A stretch of DNA of 64,000 bases, from NCBI RefSeq assembly GCF_009914755.1, contig NC_060932.1, one strand, 5' to 3'. This DNA is from the human T2T-CHM13v2.0 reference genome, Homo sapiens. Position 1 is the first letter of the stretch. The number at the start of each line of letters is the position of its first letter. A model generated the notes under the pieces. The model was not told where the DNA came from. It saw nothing but the letters and a program-made list of their open reading frames with translations, and made no database searches. Made by a program: the position numbers and the translations under genes. Shown piece after piece: positions 1 through 12,422 of this stretch.

Positions 1-476
1 CATGGCACAGCATGGCAGTCAAAAATGCAGTAAGCTCCGACTACATGCGGGCAGTAGAAAACCACTGAGGAATTCTCGGCATTGGGACAAACATAATGGG
101 ATTTACCTTTTAGAAAGGCAGCATTGGAGAATATGTCTTGAAAGGGAGTGAGGATGGAGGAAGAACAGTTGCTGTGGTCCTGGCTTCTGCCAGGTGATTC
201 TCCTGTTTTATTTATTTAGCTCAGGGAAGTTAACAGCTTCCTGCTGTTGCTAATATCCGGGTTGCGTTGCTGTCCTCTTCCAACCTGTGTGCTCAGTTCC
301 CTGAAATAAATTCCCTCTAGTTAAGAACTCAGAACTGTTTCTGTTTGGAGGTTAGACCTTCACTGATACACTGTAGCAATAGTCCAGAGAAGAGGTGTTG
401 ATGGCCCTATGAAAAGGAGAGAACGTGCACATACAGAGGAGAGAGCTAATTTAGAAAACAAAACCACAGAATTTGA

Positions 477-480
<4 letters not shown>

Positions 481-526
<46 letters not shown>
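481..526. repeat. (GT)23 microsatellite
   Basis: Perfect GT dinucleotide run. Confidence 0.98.
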
Positions 527-528
<2 letters not shown>

Positions 529-1019
529 GCATGAGGGGAGAGACGAATAGATACTCTGACCCTTCTGGATGGCCCACTTAACAGAGTGATGTGATTTAAA
601 GAAACAAGCAATGAGGGAAGAGCAAAGGATTGTAGGAGAAGGCCTAAGGCGACCATAGGACACTCAGACATGTCTAGTAAACAGATGGATGTTGGAATCT
701 GTAGCATCCATAATTGAAATCTATTAGCATATAGTAGGAGTTTAACAGTATTTAAGATCTTAGAAGATCACTAGAAAAAGCATATATAATGAAAAGGGAC
801 CAATGACACAACTTCATGGAAGCACTCATATAAAGGGTTAAATGGACAAAGAGGAAAATCAGAGGGGGAAATAGTGTCACAAAAGCCGAGACCTTTAGTA
901 AAGATGAATAGTCAAAAAATGCTAGAATGGGTTCATTCTCTATGCCTACTCAGATGTCATTGACCAATTAAGGGTAGATCCAAAGTTGCTTTTTCTCTTC
1001 AAAATAACATTCTACTACA

Positions 1020-1135
1020 TTGTTATTCTCATATTACAATGAAGAGATTGGGAACCAGAGAGAGAGAAAATCAGTTTTCTAATTTTACCCAGCTGGTATA
1101 TGGGGAAACTAGAATTTCAACCCAGCTCTGACTAA
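1020..1135 (-). mobile_element. MIR fragment
   Basis: tattctcatattacaatgaaga...cagctggta...ctagaatttcaacccagctctgact resembles the MIR core in reverse orientation. Confidence 0.6.
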
Positions 1136-1361
1136 TTTGTAGAGTCTGTGGTGCTTTGTAAATGGTCATCAATGCGAGGCTAACAAATCTGTATGTATTT
1201 ATATAGTAACAAGAAAGCTTGAGACAAGGTAAGACGTGATCATAGCTATGTCTGAGAAGAATAATCTAAAAGCAGCATGTAGTGGGGATTTGAAAAGATA
1301 GATCCAGGAAAAAGGAAGCGCAGTTATTAGACCTCTAGATAAGGAGAAATGAGAGCCTTCT

Positions 1362-1549
1362 TTAGGGTGCAGATTTGTCAGATTTAGGAAAAATAACAGT
1401 AAAACTCAAAATGCCCATTTACATATGAATTTCTGAATTTTTGGTTTAAGTACGTCCCTTATAATATCTGGTATTTATGTATATTAAAATCATGCTATTT
1501 ATTTTAAATTTGTATTTAACTAGTCTCATGTATTTTATCTGGTAGCCTA
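1362..1549. mobile_element. MER53-like palindromic hAT MITE
   Basis: Termini tagggt..cagattt and tattttatctggtagccta, with internal aagta-gtccc motif, match the remembered MER53 consensus. Confidence 0.65.
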
Positions 1550-1559
1550 AAGTACTGTA

Positions 1560-2182
1560 ATGTAATTCTGACACTAACAACCTATAGTTTGTGCAGACTC
1601 CGTAGGTTGAGGCAAAGACCCCAGTAAGATTGTTCTTGTCAGATACCAATCTCAAACTCAGAGGTTCCCAGGCCAACTGCACTTCTGACTAACAGGCTAC
1701 AAATTTGGTGTTTCCTATGATTCCCTTAGGTTGATATGATAATTCACTAGATTAATTCACATGACTCAGGAAAAGGGTATACTTATGACAGTACTTTTAT
1801 TTTAAACAATAAAAAAGCAGAACCTCCTAATGAGACATACCTCCTAAATGAAGACATACGTAGGGCAAGGTCTAGCATGGTTTCGAAGTAGAGCTTTCGT
1901 GTATTCTCACAAACTCGGAATGCATCATTCTGGGTGTGCTCACTAACCAGGAAGCTCACCCAAGACTCAGTGTATAGCAGCTTTGTTGGTGTTTCTTTAC
2001 ATAGGCATGATTAATTGACTCTTTGCCAACATGATTGAACTCGATCTCCACTCCCCCGTATCCTCCTCTACAGTGAGGGGCCTACTTTGAAAGACAGAGA
2101 CATTCCTATCACTTGAGAAATTCCAAGGGCTTTGGATTCCTGTGCAGGACAAAGACCAGACAAATTCTTTATTATACAACAC
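1560..2182. mobile_element. MER21-family LTR (ERVL) fragment
   Basis: aattctgacactaac, tgcacttctgactaacaggctacaaatt, gataattcactaga and the terminal ggacaaagaccagacaaattctttattatacaaca are MER21 hallmarks. Confidence 0.7.
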
Positions 2183-2524
2183 AACCTTAATGTACTCATG
2201 GTAATGAAAATGGAGAGACAGATGAGGAAGGAATTATACCAGGGAGGAGTCTAAATTGTTGGTAGTATTAACATTCTAGCTTAAATTGATCATATTTAAA
2301 TTGATCCTAGATTGGAAATATGTAAGAAACTGCAGACTGATATGAAGGAGATAATATAGGTAATGAGCTAATTTTAGATTCCTGGAGTTGAAGATATTGA
2401 TGAAACACATGAATGCAGGGTAAAGGTATAAAAATGCATATCTAGGGTTTAGAAGAATCTTCAGAATTATATACTGAGAGTCAAGACTCCATAGCATAAA
2501 TGTGATTGCTGTGGCTCACATTGC

Positions 2525-2712
2525 AGACATACCTCATTTTATTGTGCCTCACTTTATTGTGCTATGCAGATATTGCATTTTATACAAATTGAAGTTTTGT
2601 GGAGCTATGCAACAAAAGCAAATCTTTCAGTATGGTACCATTTTTCCACCAGTGTGTGCTCACTTCATGTCCCTGTGTCACATTTTGGTAATTCTCACAA
2701 TGTATTGGACTT
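2525..2712 (+). mobile_element. Tigger1 5' terminal fragment
   Basis: cagacatacctcattttattgtg...tacaaattgaag...tgtgctcacttcatgtc.ctgtgtcacattttggtaattctc matches the Tigger1 left end including its TIR. Confidence 0.85.
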
Positions 2713-2744
2713 TCCCCAGAACTTAAAGTATAATGAATAAATAG

Positions 2745-3680
2745 TGCATATACCTTAATGTAAAAACAGTTGATTTAACTTAAAATGCTGATGATCATCT
2801 GAGACTTCAGCAAGTCATGAATTGATGCTGATGGCTGCTGAGTGATCAGGGTGGTGGCTGCTGAATGTGGAGGTGGCTGTGGTAATTTTTTAAAATAAGA
2901 CAACGATGAAGTTTGTCACATTGATTAAGTCTTCCAGTCATGAAAGATTTCTCTGTAGCTTGCAATGCTGTTTGATAGTATTTTATCTACTGTAGAACTT
3001 TCAGAATTAGAGTCAATCCTCACACACCCTACTTATGCGTCGTCAATAATGTCTATAAAATATTCTAAATCCTTTATCATTTCAACAATTCACAACATGT
3101 GTACCAGAAGTAGATTCTATCTCTAGCAACTACTTTTTTGTGCTCATCTTTAAGAAACAAATTCTCATGTGTTAAAGTTTGTCATGAGATTGCAGCAATT
3201 CAGTCACATCTTCAGGATCTCCTTTTAATTCTAGTTGTCTTGCTATTTCCAGCCCATCTGTAGTTACTTTCTCAGCTAAAGTCTTGAACTCCTCTAAGTC
3301 ATCCATAAGAGTTGGAATCAACTTCCTCCAAATTCCTGTTAATGTTAATATTTTGACTTCCTCCCATGAATCATGAATTCTTAATGGCATCTAGAAAGGT
3401 AAATCCTTTACAGAAGCTTTTCAGATTACTTTGTTCAGGTCCATCCATCACAGAAATCACTGTCTGTGGCAGCTGTAGCCGTATAAAATGTATTCCTTAA
3501 TAAGACTTGAAAGTCCAACTTTGCAGAATGGATTTTTGTTACCAGGCATGAAAACAATATAGGTTTCCTTGTACATCTCCATCAGAGCTCTTGGGTGATC
3601 AGGTGCACTGTCAATGAGCAGTAATATTTTGAAGGGAATTTTTTTTCTGAGCAGTAGGTCTCAACAGAGGGCTTGAAATA
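2745..3680 (-). mobile_element. Tigger1 3'-half fragment (degenerate pogo-family transposase)
   Basis: Minus ORF 3172-3390 (IHDSWEEVKILTLTGIWRKLIPTLMDD...EDVTELLQSHDK) is recognisable Tigger1 transposase. The flanking DNA matches the Tigger1 3' region in reverse. Confidence 0.88.
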
Positions 3681-4763
3681 CCAATCAGGCTTTGAAGTTA
3701 ACCCAATCTTTACTCTTCAAAGTTTACCTTTTCTTTCACATAGAAAGGTTAACAAAATGGAATTAAAGTCAGTGCTTTTATCTATTCATTTAAAACTTGT
3801 TCTTTAATTATGAAATGGCTTACAACTAGTAATAATAAATTAATCTAGGTAATTATAGTTTTCAAATGGCTGAATGGGAAATACTTGCAGTGTATCTACA
3901 TAATCTCATGAAGACCATTGATAAAGCCACATCGTAGCACATATACTTGTAAAATGTCACCTTCCTTTGTCTAGTCTCCAACTACAATATGATAAAATTT
4001 AACAAATTTGCTAAGTGTCCACTATGTACCAAAACACTTTTCTGAGTATTGTGGGCCGTACAAAAACAACTAACATATAATCTGATGGAGAGATGAATAC
4101 TTAAAAAATACCAACATTTATGTTTTGGTCATTATAATTTTTGTCGAAACTACTTTACTATAATGTCACTAGTAGCATTAAATACTGCATAATTAATAAT
4201 CCAAATTAAACAGAGTATCAGTAGAGATGTCTTTGAAACATGCAAACAAGCAAATTGCTTCACCCCTTTGAACTTCATTTCTTAATCTATAAGTGAGAGA
4301 TTGTATTAAATTTTATCTTTTTGCTTTTTCAGTTCTTTTCGTGCTTATAGTGTCAGATAATAGGTTTTATTACTTAAATCCAAGTTCTATTTGAAGCTTT
4401 AACACTTGGAATTATGTGTAAGGCTGCCTTTTCATTAGCATGTGGTTCAAAGGCATGGAATAATAACTGGAAGCCTGGTTTCTAGTTCTTGTTCTATGAA
4501 AAAAACGTCAGAATCCCTCAATGTTCTCATCTGTGTGATGAGATAAACTGTGGTGCTTTCCATCTGTAACATCTGTAATTTTTTTAAAGCCTCTAATATC
4601 CAGGTGAAGACCAATCCAATCAGTCTGATTTATAAAATATTTTAAAGAAATATTTTTATTGCTCTTAAACCATGCCGTTGGAAGTGTGGCTGGTGTAGAA
4701 GACAGCCTAATAAAAATAGCTGAAGCATGTGCTATACTGAAGAAATTATATTCTTCAGAATGT

Positions 4764-4804
4764 CTTCCTTCCTTCCTTTCTTCCTTCCCTCTCTCTCTCT
4801 CTGC

Positions 4805-4868
<64 letters not shown>

Positions 4869-4871
4869 TTC
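4764..4871. repeat. (CCTT)/(CT)/(CTTT)n compound pyrimidine microsatellite
   Basis: Seen directly in the sequence. Confidence 0.95.
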
Positions 4872-5339
4872 AGAATTTAAATATGGAATGTATCACTAAA
4901 ATGATTATATCTCCAGGTTTTGAGATACCTAAAAACAGGGTGTTCTCTTTAAAGGAATTAAAGATACTCATTTAGTATCTACACAACCACGGATAAACTC
5001 TTTTCAGAGCTTGGCCTTTTTCTTCCTGTATAATGCAAAGACAAATTTCAGCCAGAGCATGTTTATTATTATAACAAATCAGCCACGTTCTGTTATATGA
5101 AAGTAAGTTAGTGCTGGCATAGTCTTGGGTGGGAGAAATTCATTTTGTGCAAGGAATATTTCGGTGAGATTTTTGACTGCATGTGTTTATTTACCAGAGA
5201 GTTTGATTGTTGATTCCTAAACTGGAAATTAAATGTAACAGTGTAAATTGTGGATGTTACAATAATTAAAATATCTTGGATTTAGGTCAGAATTATTATT
5301 CCTAACCACAATTTGGGAAGTTACCAATTTGACTATTGA

Positions 5340-5667
<328 letters not shown>

Positions 5668-7169
5668 ATAGACCTAAATATTTCTAACTGCTGTTTCATA
5701 TTGAGATGCTCCTGCAAGTGGGGAGTTTGGATGGGAGCAAATCAAACAGGGGCATCTCTAGGAGCTCCCTGCTGCCTTTGTTTAGGGAAGGGTGTTTTAT
5801 ATAATATGTCTGTTTACTGACATGCTAACTCTGTGGAAATGTATCACTTTTCTCTTGTGTTGTTTATTTCAGTAGGAATATATTACTCTTTAGCTCAGTT
5901 TCAAAAAACAGTTACTATCTTAATAGTACCTGGAAATTGAGAGTGTTTTAAAATGTTATTGAAAGTTCCTTGTAGAACACTGTATAGAATGTAATTCAGA
6001 TGTTTCATATTCTGGGAGAGCTGAGTAGGTATAATGTATCAAACAAAACTTTTAAACAAAAAAGCTGTCTCTTTTAGGATGGATATTATTATGGTATTTT
6101 GTAAAAGCGAGTACATCCCAAACTGAAATGTGCATGAGCGGCTTCGAGTGTGGGCTCTGGCCACGGAATTCCCATTAGCATTAGCTTGGCACAGCTCCTT
6201 GTCTCACAGACAGTGAAGAACATGCCTTTTCCACCCTTGAGGCAATAAAATAAATTAAAGGGTGCGTCATTAAATGAGTTGAATTTTGAGTAGTATTTTT
6301 CATGCCTTCAACATTTTAAAATCAGTTTATCCTTATGAAGCAGCATTTGGAATCTTGAAACAAGGGATGCCTGTTTGTGCCAGTATGCAGGTTCCTTTGA
6401 TTCTCTGGAATCGTGTATGTGTCAAACAGTCTTTTCTGGTCCTTTTCCCAATGTGGCTTCTGGGTAGTGTCTGTGACTAGAACTCTGTAATTCAGTATAA
6501 AAGCACTGTGGAAGGTAAGACATCTTTAGTTTGTTTCTACTGGGTCTGGTCCAGGCTATTACAGCCCCTACATATCTCCATGACACAGAAGCAAGAGTTT
6601 CTGCAAAGAATGTCCCCAGGGCCCAACCAAATCCTTCCGCTACAGAAGCTGCCATAGTTTGTCTAGGTTCATTATGTTTATGCTGCCTCCAATTTTGCAC
6701 TTTCTCTCAGTATTTCCTAAAGAGTCCAGAGAGCATTCTTTTTATCTGAAATGAAAGTTTATTTTTGTTTTCACGGAATAAATGTATATCTTTAGTATTA
6801 CCATGTGTCGTCTCTAATTAGAAACCTTTTTCTTATATTCTTGTAAATAAGAAGGGGGTCATTTAATTCTTAGTGCATTAGAACACTAACCCCAGAGATG
6901 GTAGGATCCACATTTTATCTAATCCTCTTTAATCACAAAATAATGTGGGTCCTTACACACCACCTGAATCTGAAGGCTCTGGAACTCTAGAGGGAGTTTC
7001 CTAGCATAGCCACTTCCTCTTTCTAGGTGTGTGATGTTTTATTTCAAGGGATCAAAATGAGCACACTTCTCCCATGTTGATCTGTCCCCTATTTCCCCCC
7101 ATACAATGGTTTTATATAATTATTAAGAAAGGTATTTCAAACATAATAAATTGACATATTTTGAACACT

Positions 7170-7365
7170 TAAAGTATATCAGGCACCATGCTACATTCGT
7201 AACATAATTGGACACACGTAATTTATAACTTCTATGAGATAGTATCTTAGTTTTACAGATGAGAAATGGAAACTCAGAATTTCTGAGACTTACTCACAGT
7301 CAGACAGCTTGTCAAGGCCAGAATCAAGGTTTAAATGCAGGAATGTCCGCCTTCTACTCTATCCT
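7170..7365 (-). mobile_element. MIR fragment
   Basis: aggcaccatgcta...ctctatgagatag...ttttacagatgag..gaaactcaga motif. Confidence 0.6.
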
Positions 7366-9945
7366 AGTTGTAGGCACGAGCCAGTCATTGTTTTCCAAGT
7401 GATACTTCATATTACGACTTCTGAGACTAATGATTCAAAGGGTCTATTAATTGCTTTTTGAGCTCCGTACCTTCAAGTGTTTAAGCTTGTGATTTTTATT
7501 ACATTTCCATCATTGCTGTGTCTTTTAATGTTATTTTTCCATTGTTTACAACTACCATATTTCTACATTTTACCATAGCCTCTCTGGTCATGCTCACCCA
7601 TATCTCTCAGAACCAGTGTGTATCAAGTAAAGCTTGTCCATGATAGGAAACAAAGAAGGAACAAAAGACATAGGGGTGTGTGTTGAGGGGGGTGGCATTC
7701 ACATAACATATTCGTTAGATACATGTGAATATGCAAACATTGACTATAGGAGTGCTTCTCTGGTTGTGCCTGTTGAAGAGTTTTTCTAGGCTGCCTGGCA
7801 AGAATGTGAGTAGTTTATGTTTGATGGAGTGTGAGTACCTGCCTTTCTCTGGCCTGGTGGGAGTGAACACTGTGTACCTATTCAGTGTGATTCCTTGACA
7901 TGGGGAAGAGTTGGATTCCTATTTGTAACACATTTCTGCAGTAATATGTTCATGTTGTGTTTGTGGCTGTGGGAATGAAGAACAGGTTAAAGGCTCTTTG
8001 AGAGTAATACATGTTCAATATAGAAAGGACCCCTTTTAGGTAAAAGAAGTTAGGAATGAAGATTGGTTCAGACATCAGGAAAAGAGGTTCTTAATCTGCT
8101 GATTTGGTTAGAGCATAAATATCTTCCGTTAGTGCATGTTTATCATGCTTTACTTTTTATGTTGCATTTCAAGGACAATGAGGAAGACTCCTGACAACAT
8201 TCACTTGCATTAGAATGGCCTTTTAGGGTCTAACAAAATACAAATATTGCTAATCAAGAAAATAAAGCCAATAAGAACTAATTATTGTGTTCCAGTGGCT
8301 GTAAGAGCATTGAGCTTGTTCATATGATATAAAAAAGTCCTTGTGCTCTGTGTTCAGTAATTTGTAGTATTAATTATGCGACTTTTATATATTGCCAGTA
8401 ACATTATAACCTGGTAATTTTCCATTGAATTTCTGATTACATGTAAATGTTGGTGTTAATTACATATTACTCAAGAAATAACACAAATGAAACTTCAAAT
8501 AATGTATTTTTATCTTGATTTAAGGAACAAAAACACCACTCCTACAAACTCCGACCACCACTTCCAGCATCTACTCTGCTTCTGCCATTTCATTAGTTGT
8601 ATTTTTCTCACACTACTCTTCCATCCCCCTCTATCATATCTTATCTCTTTCAGCTCCTCCCTTTTACCAGCATAGCAATCCTCAATCTCAAGTATTGATG
8701 TCATAGTAAAGATATGCATCAAAATAAAAAAGATTACTAATATAAAAGGGAACCGCTTTAATATGATTTCATGTACCAGATTTTATAATCACATAACTTA
8801 AGTAACATAACCTAATCTATAAATACCTAATAAATATTCTTGGAACCATAAGGATTAAAAAAAATAAATTTTATCACCTTACAGCAAAGTAGTTTTGCTG
8901 TACTGCTTTTGTTGATCACTGTTTAAATTCATGTTTTTCAGTGTATTTGTTCATGATCACTATTAATTTTAATGCTATAGCATAAGATGATGCTATTTGG
9001 TATTTCCTTTTTATGGTTGTTTTTTCATGTTTAAAATTGTCTTCAATGTGATAGTATTTAATAGAGCTACTGAGGAGTTTTTGCTCTTAGAGGTACATTA
9101 AATAGCCAACTTTCTGTCCCCTGAAATATTGTTTCATAAGAGTAAAGATGTCGTCTTTGACAATTAAGTTTTATTAAAATTTCCTATAGTTTGTTGTGCC
9201 ATATACAAGACTTATACTGGTGATATGCGATATATAAACACAACAAATTGTGTTTGTTTCTCCAAACAGACTTGGTTTCCCTTACCTTTTTCCCTACCAT
9301 GTAACTCCGGTTGTCAAAGCCCATATAACAGGAAAAAAAAAATCAGATATGTGCATATACCACGGACAAATCAAGTGTAGTGACTACTTAAAGTACCTTT
9401 CAGCCATAATGAGAGGTTTAACCAGCTACATCAGATCCTCATGGGCCACAGATATTATTTGTTAACATGTAAGGGAAACATAAGAGATGATAACCAAAAA
9501 GTATCCGCAGGTCAATTCATGTATTTTTTAAAAAAATTATAACAAAAAAAGAGAAACTCAGCAAAAGTATAGGATGTAAAGTCTACGCAAAGGAGCTCAT
9601 AAACTTTACTTAGATCATTCATTCATTCAGAATAGTTAAGCTCAGTTCTAGCAAACTTGGTTTTTTGGTTTTATAATCTAAAGTGGATTAGAACTGACTA
9701 CATAAGGATCATATTGTTAGTTTTTCATTTAATATATATTGAACACTTCTCTGTGTCCATCAGCATTCCTCTGAAACAGATTTTGAAAAAAAGATTGCAT
9801 AGCACTCAGTGATACAGATTTACAGATTTTGAAATCAACTTCCATTGCCATTTAGATTGTTTCTGATATCTCCCTTTTAGAACAAACATTGTGATGGATT
9901 TTGCTAAACGATGATTTTTGTCTTCTCCAATTATTTTTTAGAATG

Positions 9946-10213
9946 GCAGTCCCCAACCTTTTTGGCACAGGGACTGGTTTCATGGAAGACAATTTTTCCA
10001 GGGATGTTGGGGATAGGGGAATGGGTTTCAGGATAAAACGGGTCTGCCTCACATCATCAGGCATTAGATTCTCATAAGGAGCATGCAACCTAGATCCCTC
10101 ACATGCACAGTTCACACTAGGGTTCATGGTCTTGTCAGAATTTAAGGCTGCCACTGATCTGAGAGCAGGCAGAGCTCAGATAGTAATTATTGCTTCCCTG
10201 GCCACTCACCTCT
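9946..10213 (+). mobile_element. MER1 (MER1B-like) hAT-Charlie element, 3'-truncated
   Basis: gtccccaacctttttggcac.gggactggtttcatggaagacaatttttcca...gcattagattctcataaggagcatgcaacctagatccctcacatgcacagttcaca. Confidence 0.88.
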
Positions 10214-10379
10214 TGTTACAACTGTTATATATGTATATATATACATATTGGTACATATGTATACATATAATTGGTACATTATTCAGCAAATGTGTGGCAC
10301 CACTTTGTGTAAGATAACCGATTTATTTGGAGCCATCACAATAAAAACTGTGCTGAGATAGAGAGAGAGGATAGACTGG

Positions 10380-11120
10380 CTGAGGCAGTGAAGCCTTCTG
10401 TGAGGAGCAGAGAGGGCATTTGTTCTCAAACCTGAAGGATGAACTGAGTCAGCAGAAGTGGAGTGTTCCAGGCAGAGGGAAGAGCAAGTGCAAAGACCCT
10501 AAATTAGGAAAGAGCTCTGGGGTTGGGAGAATTAAAAGAGGGTTGATGTGCCAAGATCTCAGGGAGGAAGGGAGGAGTTTGAGTTTATCTCCAAGGAGTA
10601 GGGCCAACGGCCAACTGGTTCTTTTGTAGGAGTTTGTGGGCCATGATATAGATTTTGGACTTCATCCTACATGTAGACAGAAGACATAAAAGCAGAGGAG
10701 TAATAAGATGTAATTTATATCCTGTGACAAGCAATGGATTGTAGGAGTGGCTGGAATGGGTTCCTGCAGATTAGAAAGCTGGTCACTGCATTAGCTCTGG
10801 TGAAAGATAAAGGTGGCTCAAAATAGGGACACAAGAAGTAGAGATGGTGAGAGGCAGTCAGGTTGGGTTATGTTTCGGAGGTAGAGCTTTTAAGGACATG
10901 ATGGATTCGATGTGTGCCTGAAAGAAAATGAAGGATCAATTACGACTCCTCACTTTGGGGCTTGAGAAAAGTGTGCATTTAATCGTTTAGTTGCTATTGT
11001 TCCAACTAGATACAACTTCCATGAGGACAGGGACTTTTTCTCCTTTATTCACTATTCATACCCACTAGCACAAGGCATGCTAAGCTAGAGAGGAGGTGCC
11101 CCAAAATATTTTTGAGTAGT
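10380..11120. mobile_element. Degenerate L2 fragments
   Basis: gttccaggcagagggaagagcaagtgcaaagaccct and ttccatgaggacagggact are typical L2 motifs. Boundaries are approximate. Confidence 0.55.
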
Positions 11121-11206
11121 TATTATAAAACATTAACACATGATTTAAATTATTTGCCGAATACATTTCCCCTTAGGTTGTATTTTTTTATTTTTTGATA
11201 GCTTAA

Positions 11207-11542
<336 letters not shown>

Positions 11543-11725
11543 TTTGTGATGCATTTTTATTTTGCTTTCTTATATAAATTTATGTCCATCTATTTATTGC
11601 TTCGTGATTCTTTCATTGTGTCTAAAATATCACTCCCTGCTCAAAAGTTTGATTAATAACCAATTTTGCTTCTTATAGTTATTATTTTGTGTTTAATTCT
11701 TTAAAAAATCTGAAATTTATTTTTT

Positions 11726-11966
11726 TATTTTTATTTATTTTATTTTTTTTATTATACTTTAAGTTTTAGGGTACATGTGCACATTGTGCAGGTTAGTTAC
11801 ATATGTATACATGTGCCATGCTGGTGCACTGCACCCACTAACTCGTCATCTAGCATTAGGTATATCTCCCAGTGCTATCCCTCCCCACTCCCCCTACCCC
11901 ACAACAGTCCCCAGAGTGTGATATTCCCCTTCCTGTGTCCATGTGATCTCATTGTTCAATTCCCAC
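11726..11966 (-). mobile_element. L1PA2-like 5'-truncated LINE-1 (3' UTR) with 14-bp TSD
   Basis: Poly-T then ttatactttaagttttagggtacatgtgcacattgtgcaggttagttac. It carries the GAG-type diagnostic (ccactaactcgtcatctagc), not the Ta-type ACA. TSD gaaatttatttttt at 11712-11725 and 11967-11980. Confidence 0.92.
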
Positions 11967-12209
11967 GAAATTTATTTTTTAAATGATACAAAAGAAGAAC
12001 TAAAATTGATTTTTTCTAACTTTATTGTTTATTAAATTCTTACAAATGGTAGCCTATTGCTAAATGTACTGGATGGTGTTTTTATTGTGTGATTTTCTCC
12101 AATGCTTGGAATATATGCACTTTTGGTATATATTTAGGTATATATTTAGGTTGGACTATAGTATTTGTTTGCAACTCATATAACTTTTTATTCCGTACAT
12201 GCTTTAGAG

Positions 12210-12422
12210 GTGCACTCTAATAGGGTAGCCACTAGTCACATATAGATATTTAAATATAAATTAATTAAAATTAAACATAATTAAAAATTCTGTCTCTCAA
12301 TCTCATTAGCCCTATTTCCAGTGCTCAACATTGACACCGGGGCTAAGTCGTACCCATATTAGACAATGCAGAATTATAGAATATGTCCATCAGCAAGCAA
12401 AGTTCTCTTGGACAGTGCTGCT
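12210..12422 (-). mobile_element. MER3 hAT-Charlie MITE
   Basis: ggtagccactagtcacat...aaattaattaaaatt...aaagttctcttggacagtgctg. Confidence 0.75.

Noticed and set aside
360-707. ORFs with HTHTHT runs (and the FLSF and ERKK ORFs at 4659-4975 and 52805-53147)
   Set aside because: They are artefacts of microsatellites lacking stop codons.
3172-3390. Transposase-like ORF as an active or domesticated gene
   Set aside because: It is a 72-aa remnant of a decayed, rearranged Tigger1.
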